From contig NC_085843.1 of the NCBI RefSeq assembly GCF_035594765.1, positions 110,337,971 to 110,401,970 on the forward strand: a stretch of DNA of 64,000 nucleotides, given 5' to 3'. Positions 1 through 12,109 of the stretch are shown in pieces. The translations under genes were made by a program, and so were the position numbers. Position 1 is the first letter of the stretch. Each line of letters opens with the position of its first letter. This DNA comes from Anolis carolinensis (taxonomy: Eukaryota). The notes under the pieces are model-generated. The model ran no database searches. It was not told the DNA's origin and saw only the letters and a program-made list of their open reading frames with translations.

Positions 1-1315
1 TCCTCAAAAGCCATGGATTGCCTGTTAGAAAGGTGTATCCTGTGACGAGTGTGATAAGGTCTGTTGTCTTACTGAATATAAAAAAACTTATAGATCTGTA
101 ATTCTAAGTACAGAATGCTGGCCATCATTGGTTTGAAATATAATGTGGGAAATATGCAACACAATTGTTTTGTGAGCAAGAAACGGGACAAGAACCTATA
201 TCATACTTGTGTAATGGAAATCTACATTTGCGAAGCTGTGTAGTGACTGCACTATCCCACAACTAAAACCTACTTTGTGCAACCAATTTTATAGTTCTAT
301 TTTGTCATGGGGGTGCACAATGGCTGTTTCTACAGTGAATTAAGTGCTACATTGAAGCCATTGATAAATAGTTACACACCAGTCAAGAATGTGACACTGA
401 ATGTGCAATGATTAGCCTTGAGGAACTGCATATATGCAACTGTGAACAGGATATAGATGTCATTCAAATGGGTTGGAGTACAGCTGTAAGAGGATTCAAT
501 ATGCATAAAACACCAACAAGATGCCAGTTATAGTATTTTTCATACACAAAACACAATTTTTGGATTTCATACTATGTGTATTTCTTGCAACAGTATTATT
601 TGGTGTAAAAACCCCTAAGTGTATATCTGTGCAGAATAGGCTTTGATAAACTTCAGAATGTGTGAATATTAAGCAAAAATACACAAAACCAGTCTCACCA
701 GTATAAGGATTTCTAAGATCTTTGAGAATTAGACAGTGAGAAAAGAAGGATCCAAACAAAGGTGCTTTGTTTCAGGCACTGCAAGGATCCCATTGCCTCA
801 GAAATCCCTGTTTCGGATTTCCTTTTAATGAGGAATCTATATGGTCCACAAGCGGCTTTGTTGATCTGGAGTGGGATAATTTAGTTCAGCATTGCCATGG
901 TTTGCATGTCCAGCTGCTGAACTAGCTGGGAAGCTGGTGGGTTTCCACACTGCATGCCCCCAAGTTGGCCAGGCAGCTGGATGTCATCCACATGGCCCAG
1001 TGGCACAAGATCCATTTCAGTGCCACCCTTACCTTGCTTTGTGATGCCACCAGACATGAAAATGATGGTGCTTGCTGCATGATACCTGTAATGATGATAC
1101 TTGGGATGACAATGTGATGTGTGAGAGAGGAAAGAAGGAATTGCTCCCTCCTTTCTCCCTCTGTTTTTGATTTTTTTTCTTTGCTCCAGCTATTATTACA
1201 AGTGTTGTGTGGTGACCAGGCATGTAGCCGGGAGGGGGGGAGCTTGAGGGGCTTCATCCCCCCCCGAAATTCTCAGGGTGGTCCGCAAGAAGGCCTTACT
1301 GGTATGTGGCATGGT

Positions 1316-1436
1316 GGCATCCTTGTCCACACCTGGGCCCTCGGCGCACTCTCCTTTTCCGTGCCCCTGGTTTCAGCCTTTGGTGCCGAGAGAGGAAAGG
1401 GAGTGCGCTGACAGCCCAGGCACCAAAGAGGATGCC
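1316..1436. repeat. GC-rich imperfect inverted repeat inside the hAT element
   Basis: Nested complementary arms: GGCATCCT/AGGATGCC, CCTGGGC/GCCCAGG, GCGCACTCTCCTTTTCC/GGAAAGGGAGTGCGC. Confidence 0.75.
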
Positions 1437-1561
1437 GCTGCACCACAGACCATTCGGAGGCCGCAATAGGCCTTTGCGCCCGTGCACTTGGCAGGCCTTC
1501 ACGTCTATGCATTGAAGTCTCGCCACACTCGTGGCTGGGAGTGGAGTGCGTCGAGCCCGTC

Positions 1562-1973
1562 GGCTGCCTTTTGGGACTTTCTGGATCCGGGTAAACAACA
1601 ACTCCCATTTGAAAAAGGGTAATCATTCCCCAATCCCTGCCTCTATGCACAATTGGGCACATTGGCTCTATATGCCAAGTTTAGTCCAGATCCATTGTTG
1701 TCTTGGTTCAATGCCCTCTGGATAAGGGCGCACTGCAATTCCCAGATCCAAGGTCATTCACCCTCAATCTCTGCCTATCCTGTATGCACAGTTGGCCATG
1801 TTTGGTCCAGATGTGATGTTGGCTGCTTTCAGTGCTTTCTGGATCCAGGTAAACAACAACTACCATTTGAAAAGGGCAATCATTCCCCAATCCCTGCCTG
1901 TATGCACTGTTGGGCACAATGGCTCTATGTGCCAAATTTGGTCCAGATTCAGCATTGGCTTGGTTCAATGCCC

Positions 1974-1974
<1 letters not shown>
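1562..1974. repeat. Diverged direct subrepeats (about 260-bp period), possibly from a Helitron/Helentron-type non-autonomous element
   Basis: CTGGATCC(G/A)GGTAAACAACAAC...TGCCAA(G/A)TTT(A/G)GTCCAGAT...TGGTTCAATGCCCT occurs at about 1581-1716 and 1839-1974. Family assignment is tentative. Confidence 0.6.

Positions 1975-1975
<1 letters not shown>

Positions 1976-2022
<47 letters not shown>
1976..2022. repeat. (TTA)n microsatellite
   Basis: Perfect TTA run; it produces the poly-Y/N/I ORF artefacts in the track. Confidence 0.95.
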
Positions 2023-2024
<2 letters not shown>

Positions 2025-2245
2025 ACAGTTCTTCTATGTTAAAATGAAGTTAGTTATGCTACTAATATGCTTCCTCCAAAGGCAGAATATGTAATTTAGA
2101 GCCTGTATCTTTAAGAGTAGGGGAGGGATAAGGAACCCTAGCTTTAGAACTCTGGGAATGACAATTAGAATGACAGTTGGTTGGGGATTTCTGTTCAGTT
2201 TAAGTTTAAGATTAGGCTTGAAAGGAAGCAGAAGGTTATTGGTAG

Positions 2246-2371
2246 AGCATAATGACAGACCAGAGACTTAGTGGACTAGCAATGATTTCCATCCATCGGG
2301 ACATCCCTATCAAACCAGAAAAAGTAATTGACAAAATGGCTGGGGAGAAGAAAAGAAGACTGTTGCTGTAA
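2246..2371 (+). pseudogene. hAT transposase C-terminal dimerisation-domain remnant
   Basis: Manual translation SIMTDQRLSGLAMISIHRDIPIKPEKVIDKMAGEKKRRLLL* matches the hATC S-x-M-x-x-x-R-L-x-x-L pattern. Confidence 0.75.
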
Positions 2372-3360
2372 AGTAAAAAAATAAGTCAAAAAGTATTCTA
2401 AACATTTTGTTAATGAAAGTAAATAAATAACATTTATTATTTAAACTGTTATGTTTATTCATATCATGATCTGATCACCATGCTCAATCTATCCCATATG
2501 CATGGGGGTATTGGGATAACGATACAAAAGGTTTGCTAGGATAGATCCTCTCTCACTCAGACTCACCCCCCCCCCCCAATCAAAATCCTGGCTATGGGCC
2601 TTGTGGTAACCATCACCCATTTTGTGCCCAGTTGTCACTAGAAATCCCAGAATGACAGAGGAAGGTAGGTGATATCCCCTGCTCCAGGGCTGCCTGAGCT
2701 TGAAGAAAGCGGGGTGGTGGTGTGAACAGCTGTGGCTGCTTCTTACTGTTTACTGCCCAAAACACAGACCTAGGAGAAGGCCATGTTAAGACGAATGGAC
2801 TCTGTGCATTGTGTGGATGCCACCAAATCCATTCATTCCAAGTTAAAAACTTCTCTTCTTACAGGACATATTGTCTTGGTTCTTCTACATAGGAGGCTAC
2901 AGAGATGGGTAGAGATTGGGTTTCACTAGGGGACATGGCTAGGAAGACACAGTTCTCCCAATGCAGGATCTCTCCCACTCTGCCGTTTTCTTTGGCTAGG
3001 GAATGAAGAGCAATGAATCTTTTTTCCACCTAAATTTTCTATAATGTTGCTAACTGTAGCAGAGCAAAGGACACTAGGTTCAAACCTAGGATGTGGATTT
3101 CTTGCAGCAATTGGTTGCTTGATGGATAACTTTGTGCACAGATTCACTCATTGTCCATCTTTGTAAGAAGTTGCCTCAGGTGTTTAATAATTATTGTCTC
3201 TAAGCTCAGACAGATACACTGATTGACTCTGACAAAGGAAATAATAATTTCCCTAGGCTTCTTGTTAAAAGATATCTGCAAAGCATCTTTCCATTGACTT
3301 TTACTGATTTGAGCTGTGAATAATATTTGGTGCAAGAGCACAGCTATCACATCACATTGT

Positions 3361-3775
3361 AGAATAATAGAAAGAGAGTTGGAAAAAACCATAAAGGCCA
3401 TCTAGTCCAACCCCATTCACCCATGTAGGAAATCACAATGAAAACATTCCTGATCGATAGCCATCCAGCCCCTTTTGAAAAGACCTCCAGAGAAGGTGAT
3501 TCCACCACACTTCCAGGCAGCATATTCCATGGTTAAATCTTTGGCTTTTGGCATCAAGGAGTTTCCCCCCAATGTTTAAGTAAAATCTCTTTTCCTGTAG
3601 TTTGAATCCATTGCTCTGTGTTCTAGTCACTGAAGCTGCAGAAAACAAGTTTGTTCCATCTTCAATATGGCATCTTTTCAAATATCTAAACATTGTTATC
3701 ATGTAGCCTATAACCGCTCTTTTCTCTAGGCTAAATATGCCCAACTCCCTAAACCACTCTTCATAGGACATGGTT
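3361..3775 (-). mobile_element. CR1 LINE 3' fragment
   Basis: ORF 3433-3771 (SYEEWFRELGIFSLEKR...TRTQSNGFKLQEKRFYLNI) is the CR1 ORF2 C-terminus, followed by the GGGGTTGGACTAGATGGCC 3' motif. Confidence 0.9.
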
Positions 3776-4405
3776 TAGTAATCTATAATAATCTGACCAA
3801 TTTGTCATAATTATAGGTACCTTTAAAAGATCTTATGTTTCCAGAAGATTATGAATTACATGAAAAGTAGTAGGAGAAAAAAAATGTTTTTCTTTATGCA
3901 ACACGTTGAAACAACAAAGTGCTTTTGAAGTTCTAAAGATTAATATTAACCACAGGCAGCCAAATACAAGATCTTAATTGAAGCTATCTCAGGGGTGATG
4001 ACCTTTCTGTTAATAGCCATACTTTAGAAATTTATTAGGAACTTATCAGTGTGTTTTATTTCCTTTAGTAAGTTCTAGAAAAGCTATTCCAGAAGCTGTC
4101 ATTAGAATTAGGAATCAATCAGAAGGTACCAATTAATTCTTTTAGTAAAAGAAAAGAAAAATAATGAAAAATGTGAGGAGAAAAATCTGACAATTCTGCT
4201 TAGCAATAAATGGCTATTTGTATACAAGCGTCTCTGAAGTAGTGGTCTCCAAGAGCTCATAACTGTAGTGTTGCCAAGCAACAACGCCTCAGACAGCCAT
4301 AATATGCAAAATAAGGGAGGCCCCAAGGAGTACAGCACAGCTAAAATGGAGGGAAGGAACATTGCAAAGACAATACAGTATCAAACAAGCAAGCAAGAGT
4401 CTTAC

Positions 4406-4490
4406 CTGAATCATTCAGTGCTGTAAGGTCCCCAAGGGTTAATGGTATAATATCCATTGGTTCCTTCTCTTCACCAAGGTCAAGACAACT
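4406..4490 (-). CDS. Candidate 85-bp host exon (unassigned)
   Basis: Strong donor CAG|GTAAG at 4406/4405 in apparently unique sequence. Open frame SCLDLGEEKEPMDIIPLTLGDLTALNDS. The acceptor (AAATAACAG) is weak and the protein is not recognised. Confidence 0.25.
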
Positions 4491-4954
4491 CTGTTATTTT
4501 ACAGCAGTAAATGGCTAGTGGGAGCAGAAGCATGCAAAAAGCACATCTTTTTCCAGAGGAAGAGCAATGATATTATATGATGAAACAGAATTTGCAATTT
4601 TTATTTGCCGTCAGATCCCTTTGTTAGCTAGGGTAGGCTGAAGCTAGTCCAACATAATGAAGTAGTTAGAGCATTGGCTCTGGAGACTCACCATGAAAAC
4701 TGCCACCTGATAGCAGTGATGATGGCAATATGGCCCCGATCTGTCCACATGAGAGCTTGTCCTGTTGTCCACAATGAGTCGAAGCCGTGGGGTTACTCCA
4801 GAGTTTCAACCAAATTCCAGAACATCCCCAGACTTCTTTTAACATGGGGCTAAACTGAGTTAATCTGGTTTACTCCACAGTAAGCACCAAAAATTCCAGA
4901 ATGTCATGAGGACAGCTAAGAGTGAGTGCAGATTATTAAACCCACATTGATACA

Positions 4955-5145
4955 TTCTGGATTTAAAGTAACAGGAGGGTAGATTTCGATTGAACATTTA
5001 AAGCAACGTCTTGACAGTGGTTGCTATTTCGCAATGGGAGCAATTATTTTGAGGGGCAATTCCTTCTCTAATAGGAAGGAATGGACCTGATGAACCATTG
5101 AACTTTATGATACATAGGACCTCTTACAACTCTATAATTATATAA
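4955..5145 (+). mobile_element. Old CR1 3' remnant
   Basis: GGATTTAAAGTAACAGGAGGGTAGATTTCGATTGAACATT...CAACTCTATAATTATAT resembles the CR1 3' ends at 34000-34234. Confidence 0.55.
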
Positions 5146-5563
5146 AATTTCATTTCCCTTTTCCACTGTCCTCTTTTCTGGAGGCAAATATCACAATGTA
5201 TGTAGAGGGTGCAGTTGCATCTTGAAAGTTTTTGTAAACAAACACATATGGAGACTAAGGACCTCATCAAGTGCAAGTCCTCCCCCATTTCCACACACTT
5301 CTAAGACATTTCAGACACAAAGTGCTACAGAGTCCTTCACATGACATAAAACTAATTCTGGTTGTCACCCTTTGCACTTCATCCCCCTGAAATGGGGTGG
5401 GGGGGGTGGGGGTGGGGTGAGCAGGGTGTGTGTGTGGAGGAAATGTGGAGAAACCATCTTCTGAGTTGCCGATGTGCATAGAAATGTGAAAATAATAAAA
5501 AACATGTGGGATGGGATCTGTCAGATTTGCACTTGTTGAATCATTTTAGTGACTTGGAGGGAT

Positions 5564-6327
5564 TGTTGTAGTCTGGCAAGCATCAGAGAATTTTTCTGAA
5601 TGTTCAGAGGATGAGGGGGATAATGGGTTCCAAAATGAAGAGTTTGGGAGGGTTTGGGGAGAACTGCAGGCAGATGAGGCTGATGTTAGGAATTCCTCAC
5701 CTGGTTCCTAGGCAACAGGGGAAATTGAAAGTACCAGTTCCCTTGAGAAAAGGCCTTGGGAAGCCAAGGAGTTTTCAAGGGAGTGTAGATTAGACCTGAG
5801 AATGCAGGGCATGAAAAGCAGGCAAACTAAATATTCTCGGAGAATTCGTGATAAGACTTTGAAGTCCAGATGTGTTAGGCATGATGCCATGGATGCCTGG
5901 CAGACTTAAATTAAATGGTTTGGTTCCAGGCCTCTCAGAGGAGACAATATTGTGGATCAGTTTCCTGTTCATGATTCTAAGTTCATAGTTCATGTATTGT
6001 CAAGATTCCTGTTTCATGTTTGTGTTTATGCCTATGTACCTTTGAAGAAGTTATATTGGAGACGTTCCTGTTTTCATGTTCATGTATATAACTTTGGATT
6101 AATTCTGTGATAGATTTCTTGGTTTTGGTGTTTATCCTGGCGTTTTTGGATAACTGCTACTGAATTCTGGCTTCTTTTGTGTATTACATTTTATATCCTG
6201 ACTGTGTTTTTTGGATTTGCCATGTTTCCATTTTTATATGCCTTCTTTAATAAACATTCTTTTATTGGATCATTTGACTCTGGTGTAGTGCTGGGTGAAA
6301 GGAGTGTTCCAGTGCTGGAGTGCAACA
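5564..6327 (+). mobile_element. Solo LTR (probably Gypsy/Ty3-type), older
   Basis: TGTTGTA...TGCAACA inverted termini; AATAAA at 6249-6254; T-rich R/U5 region; degenerate flanks GGGAT/GGGTG. Confidence 0.75.
5565..5909 (+). pseudogene. U3-encoded reading frame of the LTR (acidic N-half, basic C-half) with one internal stop
   Basis: Manual translation VVVWQASENFSECSEDEGDNGFQNEEFGRVWGELQADEADVRNSSPGS*ATGEIESTSSLEKRPWEAKEFSRECRLDLRMQGMKSRQTKYSRRIRDKTLKSRCVRHDAMDAWQT*. Ends at a TATA-like TTAAATTAAA. Confidence 0.45.
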
Positions 6328-6704
6328 GGGTGGACGTTCCTTTGGGTGGTTTCCTATGCTCCACTTCTTTTCCAAAATCCTTCTGCATGAACCTGAAATA
6401 CTTTTAAAAAAAAATTAATGTAGTCCTAAGGAATACTGCTGGTGTAAGATATCACCACTTTGCTTTCACTGCATATTCTCCATCACAGTAATCTAGGCTT
6501 TCAATTTTTTTTTTATTGCTAGCTTATTAATTTTTTGTTTTCTTTTTAAAAAACCCACTATAGGAAGTTCTAGTGCCTATGGAAGTTCAGGAACAATTTA
6601 TATTAAATGTATAATTTTGCCTTAAATTTGAACATACATTTATAAGTGCTCATGTCACATTGGTGCCCAAATGCATGATTTGAACTATGAAAGGAGTGCT
6701 GAAA

Positions 6705-6872
6705 GGCATAGGAGAAAGGGACTGTAGTAAAAGGGTTTATAATAACACTGGTCTAATGCAGGGCAGGAAAGCATGCGAGGAAGGGATCATGGCAAAGAGA
6801 TTTATAATAACACTGGTATAATGGAGGGAAGGAAGGCATAGGAAAGGCAGATGTGGCATAGGGGTTTAAAAT
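6705..6872. repeat. About 65-bp tandem repeat, roughly 2.5 copies
   Basis: TTTATAATAACACTGGT(C/A)TAATG(C/G)AGGG(C/A)AGGAA repeated. Confidence 0.7.
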
Positions 6873-7315
6873 TCTTCTGCTCTCCCCCCCCCCCCCCCCA
6901 AATTGGATGAGGTCCATAGTCATCTTGGCTTCTGAGACTGCTTTACAGCTTTTATTTTTACATTTTGTTTTTCTGTAATTTTGGAGTTTCCCCTGATTTA
7001 AAAAAAAGAATGTGGAGTGGACAGGGAGTGCATTTGCCCCTGTGATGGTTCAGAATGTGGGACAGAATGGGAGAAAGACTGGAGGTAATAAAGCATCTGA
7101 TGGGATTTATAAAATGAAACAATATCATTTAAAATGCAAGGGGATGATATGCTTTGCTAAGAAGATGATCCCCTTTGTTTTCTGCACTGTTCGCAGCTTG
7201 TCATTTTGTACATTGAAACAGGTGGATGGATTAGCCCATCCATCCACAGAAAGGAGATCCTGGAGTCAACACAATTGCTTTCTAAAACATTTATTTATTG
7301 AAATACACCTAACTT

Positions 7316-7447
7316 CAGCATGGGCAAACTTTAGCCCTCCAGGTGCTTTGGACTAAGTTCCACAATTCCTAACAGCTGGTAAGTTGTTTGGGATTTCTTG
7401 GAGTTGAAGTTCAAAACACCTGGAGGGCCAAAGTTTGCCCATGGCTG
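7316..7447. mobile_element. hAT MITE (CAGGCATGGGCAAAC family)
   Basis: TIRs CAGCATGGGCAAACTT / AAGTTTGCCCATGGCTG; same family as 21530 and 55625. Confidence 0.8.
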
Positions 7448-8414
7448 AGATAACTTGTCTCATGTCATAGGATCTCAAAAGGTCACATATACCAATTTAT
7501 GCTGCTTAAATCATTAAAAAAAATAAATGTCTTTAAACCAAAAAACACATTAACATCACACAAGCATTGCCTTCAAATTAGAGCAGCACAGTAGGTACTG
7601 CAGAGATAATGGATATAAGAAGTAGCATGTAAAAAAGGGCCTTCAGCAATATCTAATTGATAATATGACAGAGGACAGTGATTCTTAATGTGAGAACAGA
7701 GACATTAACAAATGCATGCCTCATAATTTAAATGTTGGAACCACTAATTCAACGATGGGAAACCCACTCTGTGCTGCAGCTCAAACCTCAAATTCATGAA
7801 TCAACTGTCTGTAAATATCTCCTTTTCCATTCTTCATTTTGTGTGCTTTCTCTCTTTTTAATGGATTGGATAAACTCCACATTTGGTTGCCCATATGTGA
7901 AACAAATGCTTTGACATTTGCAAATGTCAGTTTAATAACAAACTCTGGAGGCCTTTACGTTGACACGAGCCAGATGAAACATTTGAAGAATGAAAAAGAA
8001 CTGTCTCTTTCCAATGAATGAAGTTGTAACTTATGGATGCGAGTACAGTCTGCTATTGATTGACTTCAAATGAATTGTCTTTGTTGTGAGAACCAAGCCA
8101 TTCCTTGTTTTTTGCCATAGCACTTCATGATGATTAATCTAGAAACTGATCACAGCATGATGCCCATTGATCTTTTCTTCCTGTGATTTGTTCAAATTCC
8201 CTACCTAGTTGGGATCTATTTTTGCAGCTTGTCAGCACCTTTATTTGCTTTTTAATTAGCCGTCTCTTGTTCTTTATGTGTTACATAGCAGTCTTGTAAT
8301 GGGTATAATACAGACTTATTAGCTCCCATACTGAGTGAAATCAAATGGGATACAATGGTCTCTATGCTCATGAAGCTAAACATTGCTGTCCCTGTAAACT
8401 GCATGGGTTGGAGA

Positions 8415-8640
8415 ACATGATGCTTAAAGCTCAGGTGTCGGCAGTGGCTGGGAGGGCCTTCGCATAGTTAAAACTTGTGCTTCAGCTGCGACTGTACCTC
8501 GAAAAGCCAGTCTTGGCCAGGGTGGCCCACGCCTTAGTCACATCTCACGTGGATTGCTGCAATGCATTCTATGTGGGGCTGTCTATGAAGACAGTTCGAA
8601 AGCTTCAATCAAAGATCATCAGCCAGAGTGCTGACTGGAG
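8415..8640 (+). mobile_element. L2 LINE ORF2 fragment
   Basis: Degenerate AQVSAVAGRAFA*LKLVLQLRLYLEK...HALVTSHVDCCNAFYVGL, matching the L2 HALVxSRLDYCN motif. Confidence 0.75.
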
Positions 8641-9424
8641 GTAGTCTTTTACCCAACAAGGTGTTTTTGTGGCTATCAGGGCAAGTCTAGCATGGAATTT
8701 GTGTGTAATCACAAGCTTCAAATGGAACTAGACCTATGATCTCATCAGATGGGGCAATTTGCCCGTTGTACACCACTTGCTCTCCCCTTTCACCATGGAG
8801 CCCATTACACAACACACATCTACTTTCATCCAGGCTCCATGGCAAAAGGGAAGAGCAAGCTGCGTATGCTGTGGTGGCGACAACATGGGAAGCTTCCCGT
8901 GTTGCCTTTGCTACAATGGGGGGAAGCCGAATGGCAGACGCTTCCCCCCTGGGATGGGGCCAGTGGTAAGTCAGGTGATGCAAGGTGTGGGGTGATGGAT
9001 TCTCCACACACCCTGCCAGGGCTCCACAGATTTGCCACAATTCCTCATTTAATGTGGTAAGGTCCCTATGTATTTCCACGATTTCCAGATTTAAATAATG
9101 AAGGAAGGATGCAGGTTCTGATTTTATCCTGGGCAACCTCAAAAAGATGGGACAGTTTTGATCATCTTATGGGACAGTGAGGAAACCGTTTGTCAAACTT
9201 CTTCTTTCATCCTTAAGCATATATCTTTCATTCTGTACTTGGGTGGTAGAGAAAAAAAATCATCATTTTGTTTCTGTCTAAATTCAGATTTAGTTCTATC
9301 CATGAAGAAATGTGTACATTACCATTTTCCCCCAAACCAAGTGATACCCTTTCTCTGTGGTCCTCATCCTGGATAGATACAGGAAGTGCTGGGGAGAAGA
9401 CCAATTTACACCTGCCTAATTTAT

Positions 9425-9560
9425 NNNNNNNNNNNNNNNNNNNNNNNNNNNNNNNNNNNNNNNNNNNNNNNNNNNNNNNNNNNNNNNNNNNNNNNNNNNN
9501 NNNNNNNNNNNNNNNNNNNNNNNNNNNNNNNNNNNNNNNNNNNNNNNNNNNNNNNNNNNN
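9425..9560. other. Assembly gap
   Basis: Run of N. Confidence 1.
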
Positions 9561-9764
9561 AAACTCTAACATGGTTCCATAAATAGGGAATCAAATCCAG
9601 GCTTTGAAGAGTAAAACATTGGACTGGATAGTGATAAGTCTGCTTTAGTTTCTCCAATATTTGGATTTTATTTACAAAATTCCATGTGGAATGTGAAAAA
9701 ATGTGAGTTTTGTTAAATTAAAAAGTGAATCTTTTTCCCCTTAAGAGTTATTCATTGTGATTGT

Positions 9765-9943
9765 GGATTGCTTGGCCAGCTCTGATAAGTACTTGGATGG
9801 GAGGTCACCAATCAAGCACAGGTACTGTGGACTATATTCTAAGGAAGAAACTGGCAAAACCATCTCTAAGTATTCCTTGCCTAAGAAAACCCTTTGAAAA
9901 TTCATGGTGTGGCCATAAACTGACAAGCAATTATTGACACACA
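9765..9943 (+). mobile_element. 5S rRNA-derived SINE with RTE-type tail (degenerate)
   Basis: AGTACTTGGATGGGAGGTCACC...CAGGTACTGTGG is the 3' part of 5S rRNA, followed by GGAAGAAACTGGCAAAACCATCTC...GCCATAA. Confidence 0.65.
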
Positions 9944-11036
9944 AAATATCTCAGAAGTTCCTCTCTGCGTCCTTGGCAGTATGCATAACTAACAATTTAC
10001 ATGCCTTCAATAATTGCCCAAATCTGCTGCCTGAGGCAACTGCTTTACTTGGCCTAGTAGTTTGTGATGTTTTTCATGATTAAGAGAACAAAAAATTAAA
10101 ACCATGCTTGCGGTAAAAGGTATCTTGTGAGCTTCTTGATGTGTTTTATGAATAGGCAATGATCTCATTGCTTATGTTGCCATGTTGATGAGATATATGG
10201 AAAAAACTCATTTTCTATTGATATGTGGCCATTATTATGATTGTCATGTATATGAATGGATCTGATTTTTCTTTGTGAAAGGAACTTTAATGGAGAAACT
10301 ATTTTTAGAATTATTCATTAGAGTCTCTTCAGACAAATTACAACTCAGCGTTAATGCACAAGAACATTATTTCTTTGTCAGTAAAGCGACTGTTGTGGAC
10401 AAATGCATGGAAAAGAGGAGGGGAAATTACATTAATTGCCAGCCATTCAATTAATGTATATACACGTGTGAATATGCTTGTAATGTGTGAAATTATGTTT
10501 AAAGTCCCCCCCCCCCCCCGGCAAAGGAGGAAATTATTCTTTCATGGTGTCCCTTGATAACTGCACTGTAGCAATGCCTTATGCTGTTCCTCTTCCATTG
10601 GAAGAGGAATGGCATAAGCTCTGGCTTTCATGTTGAAAGCTTTTCCTCTGCCGTGTGGGTAATATAAACACAGTATAACAGTCTTCGAGCAAAAGTAGGC
10701 AAGCTGGTCAAGGTACTCACAATAGTACTTTCACTGAAGTTTCTTCATAGAAAGATTCAAAGGCATAATTCCCATCCTTTCTTGTCTTCCTCCCCTCCCC
10801 CCACTTTCTCCCATCTTCCCTTTTTATCTTTCCCCAGGTCCACCCTTTACACACACCTCCCTCACAATCACTCAGTTTATGTTCATCAACATGTCTTGAG
10901 TCATGGTTTCTAGATCTTTCTGTTGGTTTAAGGAGTTATGCTTTTTTCCCCCCTTTAAAGACAGTTCCCTCATCTTTAAAGGCAGTTCCCTCATCCTTCC
11001 TCACATTCTTATATGCATATATAATTTTGCAATGTA

Positions 11037-11240
11037 TGAGGGCTATCCAAAAAGTACATTATGTTTTGGAATTAAAAATGAACAAAGTATAGGAGAAAAC
11101 ATTTACCATATCAGTTGAAAGCCACATCCAAATACCACTTCTCAACATAGTCACCATTCAAATCTAGGCAGTTATCACAGCGAGAAATGACCTTGGAAAG
11201 TTCTCCCCCACAAAACTTTCCCGCTTGCGTCCTCAACCCC
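11037..11240 (-). mobile_element. mariner transposon 3' end with transposase C-terminus
   Basis: TA followed by TGAGGGCTATCC terminus. Minus-strand WLRTQAGKFCGGELSKVISRCDNCLDLNGDYVEKW matches the mariner C-terminal GDYVEK motif. Confidence 0.75.
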
Positions 11241-11369
11241 TTCCCACAGATGCACAGTGTCACCAAAATGCTGCGTTAGCCCAGAAAAGCCACACCACTT
11301 CCCAAAAAGAGCTTGATTATTGGGGGGCAGGGCTGAGATGAGAAGAGGGGCGGATCCCTCCAGCCCCTC

Positions 11370-12108
11370 TGTCCTGTTGAACCCCTAGGCTGCAGAGGCA
11401 CCTCAAAACCACACTGGAGCCCCAGAATATAACCAAAGCAAGCTGTTTATTGTAGATTATATGCAAGCAGTGGCAAATCAAAGTTCAAAGTCAATAAAAT
11501 GAGGGTTAAGTCTACAAGAACAAAGTACTTGAGAAGCTTGAAGCAAGAGTCTATAAAAGTCACACAGAAGATCAGAATTCAAACAGGATGTCAAAGTTAG
11601 TCCCAAACCAATAAAGTATCAAAATTAGTCCAAGCAAGGTATCAAAGTTAGTCCAAGGCACAGGATCAAACTGGAACACAGGAGACCAAACTGGAACACA
11701 GGAAACAACGCTCCAAAATTAGCTGAAGGAACAGGGTCAATGCTGGAACACAAGGCAGATTCTTGGCTGGAGCAGAAATCCAAACTGCAAATTACTGGAA
11801 CATCAACTGGATACACAAAACCCCCCAGAAGCAAGGACAAGACTGGAGCAAGAATCAAGGCACAAGGCTGCAGGAATAAACATGGAATTTCACAAGAACA
11901 TGGAGCATGAAGCAGAGATCTCTCTCTTGATGAGCAAAGTTGCCACCTCTGAATCTCTCAGAGAACACAGTTTCTCTTAAAGGTAAACTCAAGGCCTTTT
12001 CCCATGGGAAGGGTGCTCATTATTCTTTTTCAATAGCAATCTCTGACTGCATGGAAAATCCTTCCTTTCTCTCCTCTGCTGATAAATTACTTTCCTTTGG
12101 TCAAGTTC
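11370..12108 (-). mobile_element. LTR truncated in U3
   Basis: Ends in CA on the minus strand at 11370; minus-strand AATAAA at 11446-11451; strand composition like the other two LTRs; abuts an RTE fragment at about 12110. Confidence 0.6.
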
Positions 12109-12109
12109 A

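Larger units (their letters stand above)
1217..2602 (+). mobile_element. Non-autonomous hAT transposon (internally rearranged derivative)
   Basis: Imperfect TIRs: CAGGCATGTAGCCGGGA at 1217 and TCCTGGCTATGGGCCTT ending 2602. 8-bp TSD GTGGTGAC (1209-1216) / GTGGTAAC (2603-2610). Carries a transposase C-terminal remnant. Confidence 0.8.

Noticed and set aside
1653-2094. ORFs with poly-Tyr/Asn/Ile runs (also at 14093, 17822, 25539, 41940)
   Set aside because: Translations of (TTA/TAA)n microsatellites.
4690-4925. Similarity to 62380-62605 in inverted orientation (also 8737-9064 versus 39345-39715)
   Set aside because: Short, diverged matches best explained as old dispersed repeats; boundaries cannot be defined.
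9228-9657. ORFs spanning X runs (also 49514-49969)
   Set aside because: Artefacts of assembly gaps.
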